64,000 nt of DNA from a virus (Duplodnaviria; Caudoviricetes). The notes beneath the pieces are model-generated. The model was not told the DNA's origin. It was given only the letters and a program-made list of their open reading frames with translations, and did not search any database. Both the position numbers and the translations under genes were made by a program. Each line of letters begins with the position of its first letter. The first letter of the stretch is position 1. The DNA is taken from positions 32,001-96,000 of IMG/VR virus record IMGVR_UViG_3300014208_000027; one strand, 5' to 3'. Shown in pieces: positions 8,604-17,031 of the stretch.

Positions 8604-8676
8604 GCGTAACGTTCCTTTTCTCATCAAAAAATTGGAAACAATTTTCCCGGTAGCTGGTTACTACCGGGTTTTTTTT
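8604..8676 (+). ncRNA. Candidate ~70-nt small RNA
   Basis: Bounded by a + strand promoter and a + strand intrinsic terminator between two - strand genes. Confidence 0.45.
8646..8676 (+). terminator. Rho-independent terminator
   Basis: Perfect 8-bp stem CCCGGTAG-ctggtta-CTACCGGG followed by T8. Confidence 0.85.
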
Positions 8677-8867
8677 ATTTTAACTTGTCATTTAATGCTC
8701 TTGAGAACATATTATATACCTTTAACGGCTCTGAACGGCATATTGGGCCAATCTCCGACCCGTACCCCTCTAGCCGCACTTGTAAGCGTCTAATAAGCTC
8801 GCTAAGAGGGTTTCTAGCGTTAGATACATCCTAAGGTGGGTAGAACTAAGAACGCTTTGTGACGCCG

Positions 8868-9635
8868 TTAAACGCCTTTGAGGAAGTCTTTGAGAAAGTC
8901 ATGCGTACAAGAAAAAAGAAAATGATCCATAACGGAAAACCCACTATGCACCATACCAATAAGTTGCCCATACCGATTAACAATCATACTCCCACTACTA
9001 CCCCCAGCAACAAATAAAGAATATGTGGCTACTTCACCTTTAAGACTGTTTGGCATAGTAATACTTCCACTATAGAAACCTTCAAAAATTGGTGAAGATC
9101 CTGAAATGTAAATTCCTTTAGGGTATCCAATGTATAGAACTTTTTCTCCAATTCTTGGACCATTCTTAGATATTTTAACAGCAGGCATAAATAAATTTTC
9201 TACTGTCATTAAACAAGCATCTTTTGCGGAGTCAGTTTTTAAAACTTTAGTCTTTTCATAAGAATTGCCATCAAAATCGTAAATTACATACTCAAATTTA
9301 ACATTCTTCAGCGTGATAAAAGATGGTGGTGTTGGTAATTCGATACTGCAAATATGATTAGCTGTTAAAACTACTGAACTTCCAACATTATTTTTAACTA
9401 CAGAACCAGAACCAAAAGCTAAAGAACTTTTGTCAAAACAGACTTCTCCATTTTGTTGCACACAAACCTTAAATGATGTTTTGATCTTAATATGAACTGC
9501 CGACTTGTAAGGAACAAAATTGTCGCTGGAAGAAGAAAAATAGTTTCCATTCAAACCCTGTGTGCAGCATAGCTGAAAAAAAATAGGAACGGCGAGAACT
9601 GCTAAAAACGGTAGGGTTTGCTTGGTATACTTCAT
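8868..9635 (-). CDS. Trypsin-like serine protease (S1) with signal/lipoprotein-like N-terminus
   Basis: LTANHIC (His), DACL (Asp), GGSSGS (Ser); SD AAGGAG. Confidence 0.85.
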   Translation of the reverse strand: MKYTKQTLPFLAVLAVPIFFQLCCTQGLNGNYFSSSSDNFVPYKSAVHIKIKTSFKVCVQQNGEVCFDKSSLAFGSGSVVKNNVGSSVVLTANHICSIELPTPPSFITLKNVKFEYVIYDFDGNSYEKTKVLKTDSAKDACLMTVENLFMPAVKISKNGPRIGEKVLYIGYPKGIYISGSSPIFEGFYSGSITMPNSLKGEVATYSLFVAGGSSGSMIVNRYGQLIGMVHSGFSVMDHFLFSCTHDFLKDFLKGV

Positions 9636-9747
9636 GTATTATATCTCCTTACATTTAATTATGTTGCAATGAAGAAAAAAAATCTAATAATGGGTTTAGA
9701 ATTCTAGATAAGAAGAAGGGATGTTCAAACTTAAAAAGGAGTACCGC

Positions 9748-11058
9748 TTGAGCAAAAAAATCTATGTCTTCGACACGAACATAATCTTGCATGACCCACA
9801 GTCAATCTACAACTTTCCAAACTCTGAGATTATTATACCTCTAATAGTTTTAGAAGAGTTAGACCGTACAAAAATAAAGTTTGATAATGTGGGTGTTAAT
9901 GCTCGAAACTTTATTAAAACTATGGATGGACTAAGAAACAAAGGAAGTTTGTTTGGTGGTGTAGAATTAGTAGAAAATTGTATTGTAAAGGTAAAAGATA
10001 TTAAAAAAGATTTCTCTTTTGGAAATAACTCATCATTGTCTCTAGAGAGTAATGATAATAGAATTTTAGCTCTTGCTGTAGTGGAACAATTTAATAATCC
10101 TGAGAAAGAAGTAACTCTAGTAACAAGAGATTTAAATCTTAGAGTAAAAGGAGATAGCGTAGGAGTAAAATCTGAAGGATATGACAAGGACAAGACGGTA
10201 ACATCAAGAGATGAATTATACGATGGGTTTGCTGAAATAGAAGTTGAAGATGAGTTAATAGATCGCTTCTATGCGGGGGAAAAAGTATTCTTAGATAATA
10301 ATAATTTATACTGTAACCAATTTGTAAATCTTTTGGGTAGGAACAATAATAAAAAGTCTGGATTAGCAAGGTTTGTTGGAGAAGGGAAAGAATTAGCTAA
10401 GGTAGGGGAATTTAAAAAAGGTTGTTTTGGTCTTTATCCGAAGTCAAAAGAACAAATTGCGGTACTAAATCTACTGATGGATCCTAGTATTGCTGTTGTA
10501 TCTTTGTCAGGGCAAGCAGGAACCGGGAAGACTCTCTGTGCATTAGCGGCTGGTTTGCAACAAGTGATTGGTAGTAAACAAAAATACAAAAAAATTATTG
10601 TATCTCGGCCAAATACATCCATCGGACCCGGTTTAGGTTGGGTCCCCGGAACAAAAGAAGATAAGATTCTTGTTGGGATGGGATCAATAATTGATAACCT
10701 AGACTTTATGCTTGGAGATTCTAGAGCGTTAGAAAATTATGTAGACCAAAATATTATTGAATTAGAAAATTTATCCTACATACGAGGAAGATCTATTAAC
10801 GAAGCTTATATAATTTTCGATGAATGTCAAAGTTATACTCCCAATGAAATGAAAGCAATTCTTACAAGAGTTGGTGAAGGAAGTAAAATTATTCTCACTG
10901 GAGATCTTGAACAAATTGACACTCCAAACTTGAATGAATTAACTAGTGGATTTTCTTATACTATTGAAAAACTCAAAGGACAAAAATTCTTTAGCCATGT
11001 TACTCTAAAGAAATCTGAAAGATCTGAAGTAGCTGGTGTTTGTGCTAGACTATTATAA
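9748..11058 (+). CDS. phoH: PIN-PhoH fusion (PhoH2-like ATPase/RNase); start set at TTG 9748
   Basis: PIN motifs VFDTNII, EELD, DNRI, TRDLNLRVK; Walker A GQAGTGKT; RGRS, IFDECQ, GDLEQID; SD AAGGAG before TTG. Confidence 0.9.
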   Translation: MSKKIYVFDTNIILHDPQSIYNFPNSEIIIPLIVLEELDRTKIKFDNVGVNARNFIKTMDGLRNKGSLFGGVELVENCIVKVKDIKKDFSFGNNSSLSLESNDNRILALAVVEQFNNPEKEVTLVTRDLNLRVKGDSVGVKSEGYDKDKTVTSRDELYDGFAEIEVEDELIDRFYAGEKVFLDNNNLYCNQFVNLLGRNNNKKSGLARFVGEGKELAKVGEFKKGCFGLYPKSKEQIAVLNLLMDPSIAVVSLSGQAGTGKTLCALAAGLQQVIGSKQKYKKIIVSRPNTSIGPGLGWVPGTKEDKILVGMGSIIDNLDFMLGDSRALENYVDQNIIELENLSYIRGRSINEAYIIFDECQSYTPNEMKAILTRVGEGSKIILTGDLEQIDTPNLNELTSGFSYTIEKLKGQKFFSHVTLKKSERSEVAGVCARLL

Positions 11059-11171
11059 TCCGCTAACATGCTTGAGCATGATTACGGATTTATATTTTTT
11101 TTCCTATTACAAATTTTAATTTAAAACCTCTGAGGTCTTCTTAGTCTTTTCTCTATCTTACTAAATTATAT

Positions 11172-11401
11172 AACTTTTTTACTCTTTTTTTGTTAAGGTA
11201 AAAACTTTTATCTTATTTTTTTCTACCTTGCAATATATTTTTGGAACAGTTCTTGCATATTAACTATGAATCTTTAAAGATTACTATTATCACCAAAAAC
11301 TCACAAGTTAGATAACTTTTAAACTTTTCTTTAACCAATCTTATAGTTACAAACTTTTTTCTTTTACTTTTATAATTGGTGAACTTTTCTTTTTAACTTT
11401 T
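11172..11401 (+). repeat. Cluster of AACTTTT direct repeats in a non-coding, T-rich region
   Basis: Exact copies at 11172, 11203, 11314, 11322, 11352, 11382, 11395 plus TACTTTT at 11365. Confidence 0.6.
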
Positions 11402-11526
11402 TTCTACTTGATCAGGTTAAATTAGTAGATTTCCTAATGAGAACTGTTATAGTAGTTAATCTTTTAACCGTTGTTAAGTACCGTCTGAAGTAAAACTACT
11501 TGTTTTAACTGAAGACCAATAGAGAG

Positions 11527-11555
11527 AATTTATCACACGATTTTCATCAAGTCAA
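11527..11555 (-). promoter_or_regulatory. Leftward sigma70-type promoter firing into the non-coding region
   Basis: TTGACT (11555-11550), 17 nt, TGa-TAAATT (11532-11527). Confidence 0.5.
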
Positions 11556-11696
11556 GAAAAATTTTTACTATATGATATTGTTGATGTTTTTTTACATTTT
11601 TCACTTGACAAGGCTTCTAACGCACTGTGTCTAACTTACTCTCCAAATAGGCCAAATCAAGCATTTCATCGTATTTTCTATCATCATTATTTTTTC

Positions 11697-11725
11697 TTGA
11701 CATGTCGGTGTGGTTTTGCTATAGT
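11697..11725 (+). promoter_or_regulatory. sigma70-type promoter
   Basis: TTGACA-17 nt-TATAGT, then SD AGGAG and ATG 11744. Confidence 0.8.
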
Positions 11726-11743
11726 TCATAGTAGGAGCAAAAA

Positions 11744-11941
11744 ATGTTAGATAAATGTTTATTTGTAGGTCTTCTTTCTTTGGTTTTATTTTTCATGAGC
11801 GTGTTATGGTTTAAGAGAACAAATTTTCAAACCATTACTCAGACAGTTTCGTTAGCTTGTGTTGGAACATTCTTAACTATTTCTTCACTATGTTTCTTTG
11901 TAGTTCTAATTAAGTTAATGTTATGGACGCTAGAAGTTTAA
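11744..11941 (+). CDS. Small membrane protein (two TM segments)
   Basis: SD AGGAG; two hydrophobic stretches. Confidence 0.7.
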   Translation: MLDKCLFVGLLSLVLFFMSVLWFKRTNFQTITQTVSLACVGTFLTISSLCFFVVLIKLMLWTLEV

Positions 11942-11943
11942 TA

Positions 11944-12036
11944 ATGTTATCATCTTGGAAATTTACCTACATACTTTTAGTCACAATGTCCACGTTATGG
12001 ATCGTTTCAGCTATTTTTATATACTTTAATAGGTAA
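11944..12036 (+). CDS. 30-aa single-TM peptide (below the ORF track cutoff)
   Basis: MLSSWKFTYILLVTMSTLWIVSAIFIYFNR exactly fills the gap. Confidence 0.55.
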   Translation: MLSSWKFTYILLVTMSTLWIVSAIFIYFNR

Positions 12037-12039
12037 ATC

Positions 12040-12726
12040 ATGTTTCAACATTTAAAAGAAAGTTCGAATCGTTCGCAAATGAAGAATATTCAGTTTTTTA
12101 ATTATATACCAGTGATCGTTAAAGATCCTTTTTTATCCAATATCGATGTTGTAAAGGTTATTAGAAAGTTACAATCTTTAATCCCCAGTACTTTTGTTGA
12201 AGGTTTGGATTCAATCTATATTGGTGATTTTAATTTTTTGAATGAACGTAAACTACAAGCGATGTATCTTGACAATGTTGTTTATGTTTCTAATATTCAG
12301 AAAAATGAAGATAGCTGCGCTACTAATATTCTTCATGAGTTAGGTCATTTAGTTGAAGATTCTTATTCAAATGATATTTATGGTGATGGTAAACTTAAAA
12401 AAGAGTTTATGGTTAAGCGAGTATGGCTTTACAATTTCGTCAAGTCTCATTTAAATTCAGATAATATGCCTTTGGAACAATATAAAAATGTTGAATATGA
12501 TGTAAATTTTGATAAATATCTTTATGATTCTCTAGGATATCAATTATTAGTGATGAATACAGCTAGTGTATTTCCTAGTGCATATTCAATCACTTGCCTT
12601 CGCGAATATTTTGGGATAGGTTTTGAAAAGTTTTTTGGTAGGAATGTAAATGACCGAGAATATTTAAAATCTATTTGTCCGGTTCTTTATGAAAAAATCT
12701 TTAATCTTCAGGAAAATTATCGATAA
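12040..12726 (+). CDS. Hypothetical protein with HExxH motif
   Basis: ILHELGH...LREYF..GFE. Confidence 0.65.
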   Translation: MFQHLKESSNRSQMKNIQFFNYIPVIVKDPFLSNIDVVKVIRKLQSLIPSTFVEGLDSIYIGDFNFLNERKLQAMYLDNVVYVSNIQKNEDSCATNILHELGHLVEDSYSNDIYGDGKLKKEFMVKRVWLYNFVKSHLNSDNMPLEQYKNVEYDVNFDKYLYDSLGYQLLVMNTASVFPSAYSITCLREYFGIGFEKFFGRNVNDREYLKSICPVLYEKIFNLQENYR

Positions 12727-13070
12727 TGAGTTTATGCATTCATAATATTGGAGATTTTACTCCAGAAGAAGTTCTTAGTTATTATGATGAACCTCTGCTT
12801 TTTACATTTAAAACAACAGACAGTGAATTATTTCTTGCTTGTTGTTCATTAAATAAACATGATTGTGAGTTTTTTGCTGTTAAAACTTTCCCATATATAA
12901 TTTCATCCTTAGTGAACGGTAAAATAAGTGTTCGTTCTATTTTGTGTAGTAAATCTTATCTATATGTAATAGATACAGATTGTTTCAAAGTTCCGAAAAA
13001 AGTATATATTATGGAAGTTAATGATATTCCAGAAGATTATTTACCTAAAGAAGGAATTAAAGTACGCTAA
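12726..13070 (+). CDS. Hypothetical protein
   Basis: TAATG coupling; YYDEPLLF..YLP.EG. Confidence 0.65.
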   Translation: MSLCIHNIGDFTPEEVLSYYDEPLLFTFKTTDSELFLACCSLNKHDCEFFAVKTFPYIISSLVNGKISVRSILCSKSYLYVIDTDCFKVPKKVYIMEVNDIPEDYLPKEGIKVR

Positions 13071-13582
13071 TGTTATTTGAGAATAAAAATATTACTATTA
13101 CTCAATGGTTAGTTTCTAACAACTCAAATGTAGATGGCTGTTATACTGCTACCCTTCATGTTAGTCTTGAATTGTTGGATCAAGAAGAACGCGGAGCAAA
13201 GTTTATTTCTTTTTGTACTGCTGAAGCAATGCGCCTTGTTAAGTCAGAGTATCAATTTCAAGTTTTAGATATTTTAACGCCATGTACAATTTTTAATAAT
13301 CTTGAGAATGCTCGCCACGGTATTTGGATATTTATGGGTAAGTTTTTGGTTGGCAAAGATTCAGAGTGGCTGTACAAAAATAAAGATGCTCTTAAAAGCG
13401 TCCGTAGTGGCCTACAGAAAGCCGCAGACCTTCCCTTTGTCGAAGGTGTTGTTGAAGAAGATAAACGTCCTGTAGAGGCTGTAGACGTGCTTGACGTATT
13501 CGATCCATGTGCTACTGTTGAACAAACAGGTGAATCAAAGTCCAGAGTAAAAAGAATTAAGGCGCAGAAGAATAATTTATGA
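13070..13582 (+). CDS. Hypothetical protein
   Basis: TAATG coupling, 170 aa. Confidence 0.65.
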   Translation: MLFENKNITITQWLVSNNSNVDGCYTATLHVSLELLDQEERGAKFISFCTAEAMRLVKSEYQFQVLDILTPCTIFNNLENARHGIWIFMGKFLVGKDSEWLYKNKDALKSVRSGLQKAADLPFVEGVVEEDKRPVEAVDVLDVFDPCATVEQTGESKSRVKRIKAQKNNL

Positions 13583-13680
13583 TTTCTATCACGACTTCAT
13601 TTGCAGTAGGTCTTCTAACCATTACAGGTGGAATAGTTGGTTTACTGCTAATAGCTATTTTAATCTCATCTAAAAAATAG
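13579..13680 (+). CDS. 33-aa single-TM peptide (below the ORF track cutoff)
   Basis: ATGA overlap; MISITTSFAVGLLTITGGIVGLLLIAILISSKK. Confidence 0.55.
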   Translation: MISITTSFAVGLLTITGGIVGLLLIAILISSKK

Positions 13681-13691
13681 AAAGTAATTTC

Positions 13692-14495
13692 ATGTCAAAA
13701 GTTCATATTTCGTATTCTGAACTTAAAGATTATGTTAAGTGTTCCTATTATCATAAACTAAAGCACATTGACGGTATTGAATGTTGGGAAGATAATATTC
13801 ATGCTGCTTTTGGTTCTGCTATTCATAAAGTAGCTGAAATAAAAATTAAAGAAGAAGACCAGTCTAATTGCAAAGAATTATTTGAATCTGAATTTCTGAA
13901 AATTCTTCAAGGTATAAAAAAAAAGAATCCTAAATTTGAAATTGATGAAGATATTATCAATGAGTTTAGAGCGCAAGGTCGTATTCTTTCCCAATTGATT
14001 ATTCCAGGATTAAAAGAAGAATTTGGTGACTTTGAAATAGTCAGTACAGAACAAGAATTTTATGAGTCTATTCAAGGCTTGAATCTTTTAAAAAAGTTTA
14101 ACTATAAAGGGTTCATTGACCTTATCATTCGCACTAAAGATAATAAAATTATCATCCTTGATTATAAAACAACTACTGCTGGTTGGTGGGGTAGAGATAA
14201 ATCAGATAAAATGCGTTTGTATCAGTTAGTATATTATAAACATTTTTATTCTGAAAAGTATAAGGTAGATATTAAGGATATTGAAACCTACTTCTACCTA
14301 CTTAAAAGAGCCGTGAAAAAAGAACATACAGAAATGTATAAAATTACTTCTGGCAAGAAACGTATTGACAATGCTATGCTATTGTTGGAAAAAGTTGTTA
14401 ATGATATAATCTTAGGAAAGGCATACAAAAATAAAAAATCATGTGAGTATTGTCCTTTTAGCGGGACAGTTCATTGCGAAGGGAATAAAAAATAA
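13692..14495 (+). CDS. PD-(D/E)XK exonuclease, Cas4/RecB-like with Fe-S cysteines
   Basis: ISYS.L..Y.KC, GSAIH, GFIDLI, ILDYKT, QL..Y, C.YCPF...C. Confidence 0.85.
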   Translation: MSKVHISYSELKDYVKCSYYHKLKHIDGIECWEDNIHAAFGSAIHKVAEIKIKEEDQSNCKELFESEFLKILQGIKKKNPKFEIDEDIINEFRAQGRILSQLIIPGLKEEFGDFEIVSTEQEFYESIQGLNLLKKFNYKGFIDLIIRTKDNKIIILDYKTTTAGWWGRDKSDKMRLYQLVYYKHFYSEKYKVDIKDIETYFYLLKRAVKKEHTEMYKITSGKKRIDNAMLLLEKVVNDIILGKAYKNKKSCEYCPFSGTVHCEGNKK

Positions 14496-14496
14496 A

Positions 14497-14760
14497 ATGT
14501 CTGCTGATGAAATTTTGAAGATAATGGTTGAAAAGAATATTTCTTTAACTCCTGTGATTAAAACGGTGTTGAGGAGAAGAAAATGTTATGAAGAAGTTAT
14601 GTGGCATGCTGGGTATAGAAGATTATCTACTGATAAATGGTTAAACGTAACTCGTTCCAATGAATTTGCTATGGGGGAGACTCCAGAAGAGGCAATGAAA
14701 AAATTACTTGCTGGTGATGTTATGTACCCTAGACAAGTTTCTGACGATAGTGTTTTGTGA
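14497..14760 (+). CDS. Hypothetical protein (start set at ATG 14497)
   Basis: In-operon ORF. Confidence 0.55.
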   Translation: MSADEILKIMVEKNISLTPVIKTVLRRRKCYEEVMWHAGYRRLSTDKWLNVTRSNEFAMGETPEEAMKKLLAGDVMYPRQVSDDSVL

Positions 14761-14776
14761 AGGAACAAAAAAATAA

Positions 14777-15094
14777 ATGCTACACGAGTCAAAATATATC
14801 TACTGTATCAATGTTTTTAATGTATGGAGTGGTGGTCAAGTTAGAGACGGTAGATGTTGGGGGTGGTTTAGACGATTTGAAGATGCTGAAAGCTGCGTAA
14901 AGGACAATGAACATGACATCTATGAAGGTGGGACGTATAATATGGCGTTGATAGAAAAGGTGGCAGAAGGTGTTACTTGTTTAGCAGTTGAAGAACATTG
15001 GTATAGTGTTAAATTTGACGGAAAGGGGTATAAAGTAACAGTATCCAATAAACCAGAAGATTTCAAACACATACACTTTTTTTCGTTTCAATAG
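14777..15094 (+). CDS. Hypothetical phage protein
   Basis: SD AAGGA; RCWGWF..FEDAE..DIYE..Y..ALIE. Confidence 0.65.
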   Translation: MLHESKYIYCINVFNVWSGGQVRDGRCWGWFRRFEDAESCVKDNEHDIYEGGTYNMALIEKVAEGVTCLAVEEHWYSVKFDGKGYKVTVSNKPEDFKHIHFFSFQ

Positions 15095-15106
15095 AAAGGC
15101 GGCTGA

Positions 15107-15319
15107 ATGACAAAAGTTCTTAAGAATGATGTTGAGCTAAAGTCTCTCGGTATGAATGTATTTATTCCTTCTGGTTCGTCTGTATGTTGTATTGATGAAA
15201 CTGAAGATTTTTATAAAGTTTGTTATGAAATGAAGAATTTTTGGAATAATTCTGATAAACGATTACAAAATGTAGGGGTAGATGTAAATTTTTATGTAAA
15301 AAAATATGAGTTAGAATAG
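15107..15319 (+). CDS. Hypothetical protein
   Basis: 70-aa ORF with SD-like AAGG. Confidence 0.55.
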   Translation: MTKVLKNDVELKSLGMNVFIPSGSSVCCIDETEDFYKVCYEMKNFWNNSDKRLQNVGVDVNFYVKKYELE

Positions 15320-15347
15320 TTTTTCTAGTCTTTCTAGTTCCTGCCTA

Positions 15348-15354
15348 CTATTTA
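15348..15354 (+). promoter_or_regulatory. Putative late-promoter heptamer CTATTTA at the head of the glycan region
   Basis: Intergenic copy of the recurring motif. Confidence 0.4.
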
Positions 15355-15369
15355 TTATTACAACCATAA

Positions 15370-15525
15370 TTGCCAAAAATTTCACCTGATAAAGAACAAA
15401 TAAATTTAATCATTGAAAAGTCTTGGAAGACTAAACTTCAAGATTGTGCTCGCCATGAATCCGTGGCACAAAATAAAGATATATCTTATCTTGAACTTAT
15501 TAAGCAACTAATTTCTACCTTTTTA
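15370..15525 (+). CDS. 51-aa hypothetical protein (TTG start, not in track)
   Basis: MPKISPDKEQINLIIEKSWKTKLQDCARHESVAQNKDISYLELIKQLISTF fills the gap. Confidence 0.4.
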
Positions 15526-15547
15526 ACAGGTTCCGGGAGAACTTAGC

Positions 15548-16804
15548 ATGGAAAGAAAAATTAAAATTTTTGCATTAGGTGACGCATGTGTAGCTCCAAG
15601 CGGAGTTGGATCCCAACTTAAATACATTTTCGATGCTCTACTAAAGTCTGGAAAATTTATAATTAGACAATTTGGTGGGGCTGTAAAACATGCAAGTTAT
15701 CAACCTATCAAATTAGAAGAGTATGGGGATGATTTAATTATTTACCCCGTAGATGGCTTTGGGACTAAAGAAATGGTTAGAAGTTTTCTAAGGAATGAGA
15801 AGCCGGATATAGTGCTATTGATGGCTGACCCAAGATTCCTTACGTGGCTCTTTGAAATTGAAAACGAAATTAGACCGCTATGTCCTGTATTGTGGTATAA
15901 TGTGTGGGATAACCTACCTTTACCTACATTTAACAAACCTTATTATTTATCATGCGACAAACTTGTAAGTATTTCAAAACTTACTAGTGGAGTTAATAAA
16001 GAACTTACACCGGAAGTTGAACAAGAATATCTTGGTCATGCTGTAAATGATTCTATTTTCAAACCTTTACCACTGGAGGATGTGTTGCGTTTTCGTTCCG
16101 ACACTGTCCCAACAGCTAAAGGAAAAATGTTATTTTTTTGGAATAATCGGAATGCTAGAAGAAAAAATTCCGGAACATTAATTTTTTGGTTTAAAGAGTT
16201 CTTAGATATTATTGGACACGATAAAGCTAGTCTGCTTATGAAGACGAATGTAAAAGATGAAAATGGGCCTGATTTAGAAGCAATTATAAGGTTTTTGGGG
16301 TTAACACACGGAGAAATTCTTTTCGGTCAAGACGTTTACCCGCCGGAAGTGATTTCGCTTATGTACAATATGTCTGATTGCACAATAAACATTGCCAATA
16401 ACGAGGGGTTCGGTCTATCAACTTTAGAAAGTTTATCTTGTGGCAAGCCAATTATTTGCACTAAAACTGGAGGGCTTACCGAGCAGGTTGAGTATGAAGG
16501 TGGTCCCGTTGGTTTTGGTATTAAACCTGAGAGTCAAATGTATGCAGGGAGCCAGCAAATCTCATGGATTCTGGAAGATGGTATTACCAAATCTGCATTT
16601 CTCAAGGCCATGATTGATTTTTATAACCTTTCTCAGGAAGAGCGAGATGTTATGGGTCGTAACGGTTGTGAACATGTCTTGAAGAATTATAATTTTCAAC
16701 GATATGGCCAACGGTGGGTAGAAATCATGGAAGAAGTACATGAAAAACACGGTTCTTGGGATACTCGCAAAAATTATAATCCCGTTTACTTTAAAAAATT
16801 CTAA
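15548..16804 (+). CDS. Glycosyltransferase, GT4 (GT-B)
   Basis: SGVG, NRNARRK, NEGFGLSTLESLSCGKPII.T.TGGL.EQ (E-x7-E). Confidence 0.9.
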   Translation: MERKIKIFALGDACVAPSGVGSQLKYIFDALLKSGKFIIRQFGGAVKHASYQPIKLEEYGDDLIIYPVDGFGTKEMVRSFLRNEKPDIVLLMADPRFLTWLFEIENEIRPLCPVLWYNVWDNLPLPTFNKPYYLSCDKLVSISKLTSGVNKELTPEVEQEYLGHAVNDSIFKPLPLEDVLRFRSDTVPTAKGKMLFFWNNRNARRKNSGTLIFWFKEFLDIIGHDKASLLMKTNVKDENGPDLEAIIRFLGLTHGEILFGQDVYPPEVISLMYNMSDCTINIANNEGFGLSTLESLSCGKPIICTKTGGLTEQVEYEGGPVGFGIKPESQMYAGSQQISWILEDGITKSAFLKAMIDFYNLSQEERDVMGRNGCEHVLKNYNFQRYGQRWVEIMEEVHEKHGSWDTRKNYNPVYFKKF

Positions 16805-16817
16805 AAGGAGAATTTCA

Positions 16818-17030
16818 ATGGCAAAAGAAAAAAGTTTTGATCGTAGTAATGATTTTGATCTAGTTTATTTCCAAAATGAGCTTGACAAACTGACTCAAAC
16901 AGTTAATAATCTTTCTAGTGATCTTGCTATGCTTAAAACGCGCGTGACAGGTAATTTGGCAGATCAACTTGCAGAGATGAAACAACATATTGAACAATTA
17001 GAAAATGTTATGCGCAAACAAGGATTTTGA
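16818..17030 (+). CDS. Small coiled-coil protein (start set at ATG 16818)
   Basis: SD AAGGAG; heptads. Confidence 0.65.
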   Translation: MAKEKSFDRSNDFDLVYFQNELDKLTQTVNNLSSDLAMLKTRVTGNLADQLAEMKQHIEQLENVMRKQGF

Positions 17031-17031
17031 T

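Noticed and set aside
8646-8668. Shared CCGGTAG...TACCGG between the terminator and the tnpB hairpin (40542-40556)
   Set aside because: Only a short self-complementary core matches and flanks are unrelated; probably coincidence rather than an omegaRNA copy.
8632-8793. 53-codon TTG-started + strand ORF across the sRNA candidate
   Set aside because: Runs through the terminator hairpin and T-tract, has no RBS and no protein-like features.
9633-9652. RBS resembling the T7/pET leader (AAGGAGATATAATACATG)
   Set aside because: Just a strong SD with an AT-rich spacer; no T7 promoter or vector sequence nearby.
11530-11540. TTATCACAC as a DnaA box
   Set aside because: Poor match to TTATCCACA, single copy, and overlaps a predicted -10 element.
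11605-11637. TTGACA at 11605 as another promoter
   Set aside because: No acceptable -10 element at 16-18 nt spacing.
13692-14495. Cas4-like nuclease as a sign of a CRISPR system
   Set aside because: No repeat-spacer array or other cas gene seen; solo Cas4-like exonucleases are common phage recombination genes.
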